Assembly (NCBI GenBank): GCA_963770835.1
Contig: CAVYRH010000005.1
Span: forward strand, 327,794-391,793
Length of the DNA: 64,000 bases
Source: an uncultured Pseudomonadota bacterium
GTDB lineage: Bacteria > Oederibacteriota > Muellerivitia > Muellerivitales > Muellerivitaceae
Direction of reading: 5' to 3'
The position numbers and the translations under genes were made by a program. This document shows positions 16,679 to 24,560 of this stretch, piece after piece. The notes under the pieces are model-generated. The model ran no database searches, was not told the origin of the DNA, and saw only the letters and a program-made list of their open reading frames with translations. The first letter of the stretch is position 1. Every line of letters begins with the position of its first letter.

Positions 16679-17971
16679 TTTATTTAATCTTTCCAGGTGC
16701 AGCTTAACATCCGCGACGATTTTCCCGACGTCCAGCGCCTCATAACATCTCACCTTTTGACAGGTCTTTGCCATCTTGTTAACGCAAGTGATATTGCGGC
16801 AGGGGCTTTCGGAAACGTAGGTTTTGGACCACACGTCCTGGTTGGCGGGAGGGAAGAGTGGATTGGTCGAATCATACCCCGACATACGGGCTGGGGTTGC
16901 GCCAAAAACCGAGATGACAAAGGTTCGGTTCCTGAATTTCACATTTCCCGTTCTGGAGTATTTGCGAGCCGCCGCAATATGCAAGGGACCGGTATCACCG
17001 GAAATGAATACATCGGCGAAATCCACTAAGGCGGCGTAAGCATCGATTGGCAGGGTAGACGGGACGACGACAACCTTCTTTTTTTCATCCGCCGACAATG
17101 TTTCCAAAAGTTTTTTTTCGACGTCCTTATGGACGAAAGCGGTTCCGAAAAGAACTATCGAATCTGTTTCCAGTATTTGTTTTAGCATGGCAGCTTGGTG
17201 CTCAAAAGGCATTAGGGTATACCGGGAGGCCGTGTCCGGGTTCATGAACACCAGGGGTTTCCCCGTGGGAACGCCGGATTCGCTTAATAAGGTCTTAGCT
17301 TTTTCGTGAGCTTCGTCGGAAAGAGTGACCGGGACGCCCGGAAAAGGCTTGTCGGGAAGGAAAGAAATCGTTTCCCTTAGGAGCTTTTCCACGAATAAGT
17401 AGGATTGGAAAAGAAAGTGGTTGATACCTGTTTGGTCGATCTCGTTTCTTACCAATTGGGGGGCGACGGTCAAGAAATTTAATATCTTCTGTCCTTGCGG
17501 GAAAAGACGATCATCCTCAAAAAAAGGCGAGCAGTTAAAGCATAGGTCGTATTGATTCTCAACCACCAACTTTTGGATGCTTTCGATGTCGTTGGGATCC
17601 GGAAAAACGCCGCCCGTGAAAACCGGGTAGAGGTTTGAAATGGCGGGGTTTCCCTCAATAAGACAGGCCACCGATTTCTTGATGACGTAATCGATACGAG
17701 CCGCAGGGAAGAAATCCCGGAAGGCTTGGACCGCGCCTTGCATCATGACCGCATCTCCGATGTGGATGTCAGGAATGACGAGGATTTTTTTGAATTGGGG
17801 AACGCCGCGAAGGTTTCTGAGGTTTTTGTGCCGGATGTGCTGGACCAAGAGCTTGTTTCCCAGGATGGGCGGGATCGTGCTGTTAAAAAACCAGGCCCCC
17901 CCCCGGGGAAACCAGGTGGTCAAAAGGCTCGTCCAATGGAAAATGGTTTTTTGTAATTTGTTGTCGAGCAT
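16673..17971 (-). CDS. Glycosyltransferase family 9 (ADP-heptose:LPS heptosyltransferase-like)
   Basis: GTAFVHKD..., ADVFISGDTGPLHIAAA (the GT9 C-terminal nucleotide-sugar motif), and ~430 aa length. A Cys-rich C-terminal tail CRNITCVNKMAKTCQKVRC follows. The last codons and the stop lie in the TSD / IS end. Confidence 0.75.
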   Translation of the reverse strand: MLDNKLQKTIFHWTSLLTTWFPRGGAWFFNSTIPPILGNKLLVQHIRHKNLRNLRGVPQFKKILVIPDIHIGDAVMMQGAVQAFRDFFPAARIDYVIKKSVACLIEGNPAISNLYPVFTGGVFPDPNDIESIQKLVVENQYDLCFNCSPFFEDDRLFPQGQKILNFLTVAPQLVRNEIDQTGINHFLFQSYLFVEKLLRETISFLPDKPFPGVPVTLSDEAHEKAKTLLSESGVPTGKPLVFMNPDTASRYTLMPFEHQAAMLKQILETDSIVLFGTAFVHKDVEKKLLETLSADEKKKVVVVPSTLPIDAYAALVDFADVFISGDTGPLHIAAARKYSRTGNVKFRNRTFVISVFGATPARMSGYDSTNPLFPPANQDVWSKTYVSESPCRNITCVNKMAKTCQKVRCYEALDVGKIVADVKLHLERLNKL

Positions 17972-18081
17972 AGGAGCTTCGCTACTTTAAGGAACCCGGC
18001 CAATTGGGTCAATACTTACCCGGCGGTTTGGGACGTAAAATTGCCTATAATCGTTTTTTTGCGGATGTTAACCTATAACCC

Positions 18082-19386
18082 ATGAGTCAGCGTCTCGTTC
18101 TTTTTTCCAAATACATCCTCACGATGGACCGGCCCCAGCCCATTGAGGATGGCTTTGTCCTGATCCAGGGCTCTCGCATCCTCCAAGTGGGAAAACGGAA
18201 GGACCTTTTTTTTCTCCCCTCGGTACGCATGCTGGACCTGGGCGACACGATCCTCCTACCCGGGTTCATCAACGCTCATTGCCATTTGGATTTCACTGGT
18301 TTCAAGGGTCGTGTGCGCTACCAGGGCGGCTTCCGGGAATGGCTGCGAAAAATGGCGGTCAAGTCCCGGGAAACAAGCCCCGCCGAATTCCGGCGGTCGA
18401 TCCAAAAGGGAATCAAGGAAAGCCTGGATTACGGCACGACCACGATTTGCGATGTGGCCACCAGTTGGGAAAGCTATCCTCTGCTTCGCCAATCCGGATT
18501 GCGGGCCTTTGTTTTCCTTGAAATGATCGACCTGGGACAATCCTCCACACCAGCTTATTGCCGGCAATTCCAGGAGAAATTGCGGGCCATCACGCACACG
18601 GCGCCGCCCACCCCCACTTTTCGCTGGGGCCTGAGCCCCCATACGCCTTTTACCGCCTCGAAGGAGTTACTGGAGTGGACAGGAAAATACCTGAACGATC
18701 ACCGGGACGTTCCCACCACCATCCATGTAGGTGAAAGCCGTGAGGAAGGGAATTACTTCAAAAAGGGGTCAGGCCCCATGGCCGACCGGATCCGGGTCCT
18801 AAACCCGGATTGGAATATTCCCCGGCGCACTACGCCCGTTCAATATTTAAATGATTGCGGCTGGCTGCCGAAACTGGACCTGGGAGTCCACTTGAACGTC
18901 CTGGACCAGAGGGATATTAAACTCCTGGCCAAAAACCGCATCACTGTCGTTCATTGCCCTGGAAGCCACGGTTATTTCCATCATCCGACCTTTAAGTATC
19001 ATTCTTTGCGCCGCCACCGAATTTCAGTGTGCTTGGGGACCGACAGCCTGGCGAGCAATCGATCCCTTTCCCTATTCCGCGAAATGAGGCTTTTTAAGAA
19101 GAACCAACCTATGGTGTCTTCGGAAGAAATCCTATCCATGGTCACGGTCAAACCCGCCCAGGCCTTGGGGCTAGGACACCAGCTAGGGCGCATCAAGCCC
19201 GGTTACCTGGCAGATTTGATCGGCCTTCCCGTTCCGGCCCGGAAAAGGGCCAAGAATATAAGCCTCTTTGACCAGGTTTTGCGGTATCGGGGCACGGTTT
19301 CCTTTGCCATGGTCCAAGGGGAGCCGCGGTTAAGATTGACCGGTGGATCAACGATTCGGGGGCTTACCAGTTCTTTCCGTTCTTGA
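18082..19386 (+). CDS. Amidohydrolase-family deaminase (MTA/SAH deaminase-like; candidate aminofutalosine deaminase)
   Basis: ILLPGFINAHCHLDFT (metal-binding HxH), the later HVGES and VCLGTDSLASN motifs, and ~430 aa length. Confidence 0.65.
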   Translation: MSQRLVLFSKYILTMDRPQPIEDGFVLIQGSRILQVGKRKDLFFLPSVRMLDLGDTILLPGFINAHCHLDFTGFKGRVRYQGGFREWLRKMAVKSRETSPAEFRRSIQKGIKESLDYGTTTICDVATSWESYPLLRQSGLRAFVFLEMIDLGQSSTPAYCRQFQEKLRAITHTAPPTPTFRWGLSPHTPFTASKELLEWTGKYLNDHRDVPTTIHVGESREEGNYFKKGSGPMADRIRVLNPDWNIPRRTTPVQYLNDCGWLPKLDLGVHLNVLDQRDIKLLAKNRITVVHCPGSHGYFHHPTFKYHSLRRHRISVCLGTDSLASNRSLSLFREMRLFKKNQPMVSSEEILSMVTVKPAQALGLGHQLGRIKPGYLADLIGLPVPARKRAKNISLFDQVLRYRGTVSFAMVQGEPRLRLTGGSTIRGLTSSFRS

Positions 19387-19410
19387 CACAATGACGAAAA
19401 CCCTTATAAT
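19383..19410 (+). promoter_or_regulatory. Near-consensus sigma-70 promoter for rplM-rpsI
   Basis: TTGACA (19383-19388), a 16-nt spacer, then TATAAT (19405-19410). The RBS GAGGAAAGAG precedes the rplM ATG. Confidence 0.5.
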
Positions 19411-19469
19411 TCAGGCCCTTGTCCCTCTTTGGGACATGATGATTTGAGGAAAGAGTAGGATTGGGTTAC

Positions 19470-19928
19470 ATGCAAAAGACAATGCTCGCATCGAAAAAGG
19501 ACATCCATCGCCAATGGTGGATCGTCGACGCCAAGGACCAGGTTTTGGGAAGGCTGACTTCCCAAGTAGCCGCCATCTTGAGGGGTAAGCACAAGCGTAC
19601 CTTTACGCCGCACGTGGAAAATGGGGACCATGTGGTCATCATCAATGCCGAGAAGATCGTCCTGACCGGTAATAAATGGGAAACGAAAGCCCACCACCGC
19701 ACCTCCGGCCGACCGGGGGGCTTGTCCACCGAAGAGTATAAGCAAATCCGCCACACCCGCCCCGAGCGGATTCTAGAATACGCCATCAAGGGAATGCTGC
19801 CCAAGACCTCCCAGGGTGACAAGATGTTCGGCCGCGTCAATATCTACAAGGGTGACACTCACCCCCACTCGGCCCAAAAGCCCCAGCCGCTGACCCTGGC
19901 TCACAACGCCAAAAGAGGAGACGCTTAA
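19470..19928 (+). CDS. rplM: 50S ribosomal protein L13
   Basis: [38 protein letters not shown] and ~150 aa length. The ORF is open from 19461. Confidence 0.9.
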   Translation: MQKTMLASKKDIHRQWWIVDAKDQVLGRLTSQVAAILRGKHKRTFTPHVENGDHVVIINAEKIVLTGNKWETKAHHRTSGRPGGLSTEEYKQIRHTRPERILEYAIKGMLPKTSQGDKMFGRVNIYKGDTHPHSAQKPQPLTLAHNAKRGDA

Positions 19929-20323
19929 TGCCCGCCACGAAGGAACAATTCGCCGCAACCGGACGCCGTAAAACCTCCGTTGCCCGGGTCATTTTAAGGC
20001 CGGGGAAGGGGCAATTCATCGTCAACGGCAAGCCTCTCGAGAAGTTTTTTCCCGAGATGAAACTAGCCGTCGTCCGGTCCCCCCTTGAAACCGTATCGGC
20101 CCTGGGAAAATACGACGTGTTCGCAAACCTGACCGGCGGCGGGGTCACGGGGCAGGCGGAAGCCTTGCGCCACGGTATCTCCCGCGCCCTCTTAAAAATC
20201 GACGCCGAGATGCGCAAGCCCTTGAAGGCCGCTGGATTCCTGACCCGCGACCCGCGCATGGTCGAGCGTAAGAAGTACGGGCGTAAGAAGGCTCGCCGCC
20301 GCTTCCAGTTCTCGAAGCGTTAA
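19928..20323 (+). CDS. rpsI: 30S ribosomal protein S9
   Basis: [17 protein letters not shown]... and the C-terminal [16 protein letters not shown]. The start overlaps the rplM stop. Confidence 0.9.
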   Translation: MPATKEQFAATGRRKTSVARVILRPGKGQFIVNGKPLEKFFPEMKLAVVRSPLETVSALGKYDVFANLTGGGVTGQAEALRHGISRALLKIDAEMRKPLKAAGFLTRDPRMVERKKYGRKKARRRFQFSKR

Positions 20324-20344
20324 TTTCGAGGACGTTTTTCCCGA

Positions 20345-20379
20345 TCCCGCGCATCTTTCAGGATGCGCGGGATTTTTTG
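20345..20379 (+). terminator. Rho-independent terminator after rpsI
   Basis: Perfect 11-bp stem tcccgcgcatc / gatgcgcggga with loop tttcag, followed by TTTTTT. Confidence 0.75.
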
Positions 20380-20394
20380 TTTAAGAACATCGCC

Positions 20395-20841
20395 ATGGAC
20401 CAAAAAGAACATAAACCCCAAGTGACGCCCAAGATCGCGGTGAATGCCGTAATTTTTAACGGCAAGGATGAGGTTCTTTTGGCCAAGCGCACGGACAACG
20501 GCCTTTGGTGCATCCCGGGCGGGCATGTGGATTTGGGGGAGACGCTGGCCCAGGCCTGCTTGAGAGAACTTTACGAGGAAACGGGTTTGAGGGCCGAGGT
20601 GGTCCGTCTGGTGGGGATTTACTCGGACACGAAGGGCTCCCTTCATATTGCCCAGGGGGCCGAATGGCACACGGTCCGGGTTTCCTTCCTCTGCAAGGTG
20701 ACGGGCGGATCCATTCAGCCCAGCGAGGAAACCAGCGAGATCCGCTATTTCGACGTCAAGAAGTTGCCCCCGTTGATCACTGACCACGCAAGGCGTGTCC
20801 AGGACGCCTTGGAAAACAAGAGCGAAGCGGTCATCGCATAA
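20395..20841 (+). CDS. NUDIX hydrolase
   Basis: Nudix box GGHVDLGETLAQACLRELYEETGL. The ORF is open from 20377. Confidence 0.8.
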   Translation: MDQKEHKPQVTPKIAVNAVIFNGKDEVLLAKRTDNGLWCIPGGHVDLGETLAQACLRELYEETGLRAEVVRLVGIYSDTKGSLHIAQGAEWHTVRVSFLCKVTGGSIQPSEETSEIRYFDVKKLPPLITDHARRVQDALENKSEAVIA

Positions 20842-20861
20842 AACGCCCAAGGAAGGCCAAC

Positions 20862-21593
20862 ATGTCAAAGTCCAAATCCAAACCCCGCGTCGAAAGGCGG
20901 GCCATCGCCCGGCCCAAGAACGGGTTCTCCTCTCAGAACCCTTACATCGCCAACGACTTCAAGGAGCAGGATACCTGGCGGATGTTTCGCATCATGTCCG
21001 AGTTCGTGGAAGGCTTCGAGGCCCTGCGCAATATCCGTCCCGCCGTGACCATTTTCGGCTCGGCCCGCACGCTCCAAAACGCGGAGGATTTTCAATTGGC
21101 CCGCCTGATTGGCTACAGCCTTTCCAAGAAGGGCTTTTCCATCATCACCGGCGGGGGCCCGGGCATCATGGAGGCGGCCAATATGGGGGCCCATGAGGCG
21201 GGGGGACGATCGGTGGGCTGCAACATCGAACTGCCTTTCGAGCAAAAGCCCAATCCCTATATCAACCTGCCGGTGAACTTTCATTATTTCTTCATCCGCA
21301 AGGTCATGTTCCTGCGCTACACTTCGGCGGTGGTTGTGATGCCGGGCGGGTTCGGTACCATGGATGAGTTGTTCGAGACACTAACCCTGGTACAAACCCA
21401 CAAGATCGATCCCATGCCCATCATCCTGGTCGATAAAAAGTATTGGCAGGGGGGAATTGATTGGATCAAAAACACGATCCTGGGGGACCGCCATTACATC
21501 GACAAGGACGACATGAACATCTTCCATGTGGTGGACAAACCTGAGGAAGTTGTCCAAATCATCACCAAGTATTACCGCTATAAAAAACTGTAG
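20862..21593 (+). CDS. LOG-family (TIGR00730) nucleotide 5'-monophosphate nucleosidase
   Basis: ITGGGPGIMEAANMGA..., PGGFGTMDELFE and IILVD. An N-terminal Lys-rich tail is present. Confidence 0.75.
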   Translation: MSKSKSKPRVERRAIARPKNGFSSQNPYIANDFKEQDTWRMFRIMSEFVEGFEALRNIRPAVTIFGSARTLQNAEDFQLARLIGYSLSKKGFSIITGGGPGIMEAANMGAHEAGGRSVGCNIELPFEQKPNPYINLPVNFHYFFIRKVMFLRYTSAVVVMPGGFGTMDELFETLTLVQTHKIDPMPIILVDKKYWQGGIDWIKNTILGDRHYIDKDDMNIFHVVDKPEEVVQIITKYYRYKKL

Positions 21594-21603
21594 AATCCAG
21601 GTT

Positions 21604-23769
21604 ATGCGCCAATCGCTATCCGCCACCCTCCTTTTCCTGGCCTTCCTAGTCGCTGTGGTTTCTCCAGTCCGGGCTGGCATTTCGTTCATCGACCTTTCCA
21701 AGGCCGCCAACATGGGTCCGGCCCAATCCTTCGATGAGGCCGTTCCGGGTGGGGAGGACCTCAAGGAGAAGGAAGGTTTTGCCAACATTCCGCAAGGACC
21801 TCAGACCTTGCGGGGCATCCCTTTTCTAATGCTGGAAACGGACGCCAACCAGGGCAACTCCTTTATTGCCTTGTATGGACGGCGGCACGGCATTTTTCCC
21901 CAGGCGGTAGCGATTAACGTCGGGGGCATCAAGGCCAAAAACCTTTATTTCCTCCATTCCTGCCGTTGGGGGGGAACGGCCTCCAACATCGCGGTGGCCG
22001 AATACGACATTGTTTACGGGGACGGCCAAGTGGACGTCATCCCCCTGAAAGTAGGGGCGGAGCTGACGAATTTCACGGGTTCAGACGACACCCCCGAGAG
22101 TTACCTGGCCTGGTGGCACAAATACAAAAACATCGATATGGGCCTTAATTTGTTCGCATGGAAAAACCCCCAGCCGGACGTTCCCATCCAGACCATCCTC
22201 TTCAAATCTATGAACAAAGCCCCGGTGCCCATGTTGTTCGCCATCACGGCTTCGGATATGGAAATCCCTATTTCTCCCACCTCGCCGAAACCGGAAAAAA
22301 CCTTCCAGACCGACACCCGGGGCTGGTTTCCTTTCCAACCTTCGGACGCCTCCCCGGTGGGCACATCTATCGACATGAGCTTTCTCCTGGACGCGCCCGC
22401 CGGAAAGCACGGCGGTGTGACAACGGAGGGCGAGAAACTGGTTTTCGCGGACGGTACGGAGGCCCGCTTCTGGGGAACCCAGCTTTTGGGGGACTGGTGG
22501 AACCAAACGGACGAACAATTGGCCGGGACCGCCGAACGGCTGGCGGCTTATGGTTGCAACCTCGTAATGTTCGACACGCTGCCCGATGGAGCCGGGGGAC
22601 GGTTGCAGGATTTGTTGGCGGCCCTTAAACCCAGGGGAATTTACTTGGACCTGACCAGCTTGGTGAACCAAGAACTTCCGGACGGACTAGTAGCGGACCC
22701 GGCTGTTTTGAAGGATGGGGTGGATTGGACCATGACGGATGATTCTTTCAGCGCGGCCTCCCACAACCCCTCTGCCACCGGTGAGTTCCAGGACCTTCCC
22801 ACGGTTTTAATGTCCAATATGCGCAATCCGTTGTTTTTGATCCTGGGCCGCCTGTTTGGAAGTCCCTATCGGGCTGGATGGAGCGAAGACTGGCCGAACG
22901 AATATTTGGGCGAGATCCCCCCCCTGATGGCCGCTTACGGATCCTTCGATGACTGGACTGCCTGTGTTGGAATGGGAATGGGTGGGACCCATTGGGGGGG
23001 CAGCCTCTCCCCGGCAGTGTCCCTTTACGATACGCCTCAACTTTTGATCCAATGGCCCGCTGCGGCCCTGGCCTTTTTGAGAAAAGACGTCAAACAAGGG
23101 CGATTTTATGACCTGGAAAACGCCAAAGGAATGCTGGGTGACATGATCGGCGCGAATCAGGCCCCGGATATGGAAGACCTTCTGAAAGCTCTTGCCCATT
23201 GTTCCGGGGTCAACAAAAACGATCCTCGATTTAAGACCGATAGCGCGGGAACTTTAAAGGCGAAAATCAACCTCAAGCAGAAAAGCTTTGTTTCCGACAC
23301 GGGCCAGATCAGCTGGCAGGGAAACGTCGGGGTATTCCAAGTTTCCAGCCCGCGCTTTCAGGCGGCCGTTGGTTTCTTGGGGAACCGGAAACTGGTGAGC
23401 CCCGTTTGGCAAGTGGAGACCCCCAATTTCTTTGCGTCCCTATCCCTCGTTTCGCTGACCAAGACGAACCTTTGGGCTTCGGACCACATGCTTTTAACCG
23501 GGGTTACGCGCATGGAAAACACCGGCCAGGTTTATAACGCGGCCAAGACGAAATTGATTTCCCTGGGGAAGGGTCCGATCCTTGTGGAACCTTTGCAGGC
23601 CAAGATCACTCTTTTTCGTTATATGGCGGATCCCAAGCTCAGAATCCGTGCGTTGGATGCGAACGGTCAAAGCCTCCAAACAAAAGTTCACGTAAAATGG
23701 GTAAAAAACAATCTGGTCTTTTCATGGGTTCCGGGAGCCTTTTACTTGGAAATATTTAATATCAAATAA
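21604..23769 (+). CDS. Large secreted hypothetical protein (~720 aa), possibly with a glycoside-hydrolase-like core
   Basis: Signal peptide MRQSLSATLLFLAFLVAVVSPVRA. No confident family motif. The segment ARFWGTQLLGDWW...ERLAAYGCNLVMFD is vaguely TIM-barrel glycosidase-like. The ORF is open from 21526. Confidence 0.4.
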   Translation: MRQSLSATLLFLAFLVAVVSPVRAGISFIDLSKAANMGPAQSFDEAVPGGEDLKEKEGFANIPQGPQTLRGIPFLMLETDANQGNSFIALYGRRHGIFPQAVAINVGGIKAKNLYFLHSCRWGGTASNIAVAEYDIVYGDGQVDVIPLKVGAELTNFTGSDDTPESYLAWWHKYKNIDMGLNLFAWKNPQPDVPIQTILFKSMNKAPVPMLFAITASDMEIPISPTSPKPEKTFQTDTRGWFPFQPSDASPVGTSIDMSFLLDAPAGKHGGVTTEGEKLVFADGTEARFWGTQLLGDWWNQTDEQLAGTAERLAAYGCNLVMFDTLPDGAGGRLQDLLAALKPRGIYLDLTSLVNQELPDGLVADPAVLKDGVDWTMTDDSFSAASHNPSATGEFQDLPTVLMSNMRNPLFLILGRLFGSPYRAGWSEDWPNEYLGEIPPLMAAYGSFDDWTACVGMGMGGTHWGGSLSPAVSLYDTPQLLIQWPAAALAFLRKDVKQGRFYDLENAKGMLGDMIGANQAPDMEDLLKALAHCSGVNKNDPRFKTDSAGTLKAKINLKQKSFVSDTGQISWQGNVGVFQVSSPRFQAAVGFLGNRKLVSPVWQVETPNFFASLSLVSLTKTNLWASDHMLLTGVTRMENTGQVYNAAKTKLISLGKGPILVEPLQAKITLFRYMADPKLRIRALDANGQSLQTKVHVKWVKNNLVFSWVPGAFYLEIFNIK

Positions 23770-23925
23770 AAGTGAATATTGGGTCATGCTATTTATCTGG
23801 AAACGCTTGCATGTATATTTTTCATACCAAAATCAAATCGATTTAACATCCCAGTTTGATTAAGGTATCATCTGTTTACCGTTTTATCTTCAATGGAAAA
23901 CGCAGCAACCCGTCGAGGCAAAAAG

Positions 23926-24285
23926 ATGAACCAGCCTTTTAATCCCAAACCTGAGCGGCGCAAGCATCCGAGGGCCAAATTCCAGGAAACTGTCGTAATC
24001 CACAATGTCGTGGAATCGAAATCAGGGAACGTTTTTGAGGTTCAAGGCACCCCCCTCATGGCAAAGGCCCAGGATGTCAGTGAAGGCGGTATCCGGTTAG
24101 AAATCGGAAACACGACGACCCTGAACAGGATCTTCAAACTGAATTTTCAAGTCCAAAAAGACAAGTCGGTGGACGTTTATTCCAAGCTGGCTTGGGCCAG
24201 TGAGGGCATATTAGGCCTTCAATTCATCGTGGCGGACGAGGAAATCCGCCGGATGATCCGCGGTTTCGTGGAGAAAAGCAGGTAG
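23926..24285 (+). CDS. PilZ-domain protein (c-di-GMP receptor-like)
   Basis: RKHPRAKF (RxxxR) and DVSEGGIRLE (DxSxGG) at PilZ-typical spacing. ~120 aa; the ORF is open from 23893. Confidence 0.65.
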   Translation: MNQPFNPKPERRKHPRAKFQETVVIHNVVESKSGNVFEVQGTPLMAKAQDVSEGGIRLEIGNTTTLNRIFKLNFQVQKDKSVDVYSKLAWASEGILGLQFIVADEEIRRMIRGFVEKSR

Positions 24286-24311
24286 CTTTTAACCTGTGTT
24301 TATAAGACAAT

Positions 24312-24352
24312 TCCGAATCCCGCTCCCCGCAAGGAGGGCGGAATTTTTTATT
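24312..24352 (+). terminator. Probable rho-independent terminator after the PilZ gene
   Basis: GC-rich imperfect hairpin cccgctcc-ccgcaa-ggagggcgg followed by ttttttattttt. Confidence 0.5.
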
Positions 24353-24381
24353 TTTACTACAAAATTTCTAAAAATTTTATT

Positions 24382-24536
24382 GCTGTCATTGCGAGCCTCG
24401 AATTTTGAGGCGAAGCAAACTAAGTTTATGGGCGGTTTTGTCCGTGCTTATGTATTCTTTGTAACGGCATATTTAAACTGTGGTTGCTTCGTCATAGGCG
24501 ACCGCCTATTCGGCGGTCATTCCTCGCAATGACAGC
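24382..24536. repeat. ~155-bp element closed by a perfect 14-bp inverted repeat (GCTGTCATTGCGAG ... CTCGCAATGACAGC) with internal hairpins; candidate structured ncRNA or MITE
   Basis: The IR arms lie at 24383-24396 and 24523-24536. Internal local hairpins are gcctcgaattttgaggc and gaccgcctattcggcggtc, and a second tier of pairing links gcgaagcaa to ttgcttcg. It sits between the PilZ terminator and the helicase start at 24561. Confidence 0.5.
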
Positions 24537-24560
24537 TATTTTTGATTTAATGGATTCTCA

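Noticed and set aside
16219-16707. 162-aa plus-strand ORF (MTGKQQVSVVREIRTLRSRRRGLE…)
   Set aside because: It spans intron domains V/VI and the antisense of the transposase N-terminal exon. The content is Arg/Ser-rich, typical of GC-skewed antisense frames. It is not a gene.
23786-23800. TGGAAACgcTTGCAT resembling a sigma-54 -24/-12 promoter upstream of the PilZ gene
   Set aside because: The spacing between the GG and GC dinucleotides is 8 nt rather than the required 10, so it does not fit the RpoN consensus.
24296-24532. 78-aa ORF over the inverted-repeat element
   Set aside because: The ORF is a by-product of the palindromic DNA, and the peptide is low-complexity. The region is better explained as a structured RNA or MITE.
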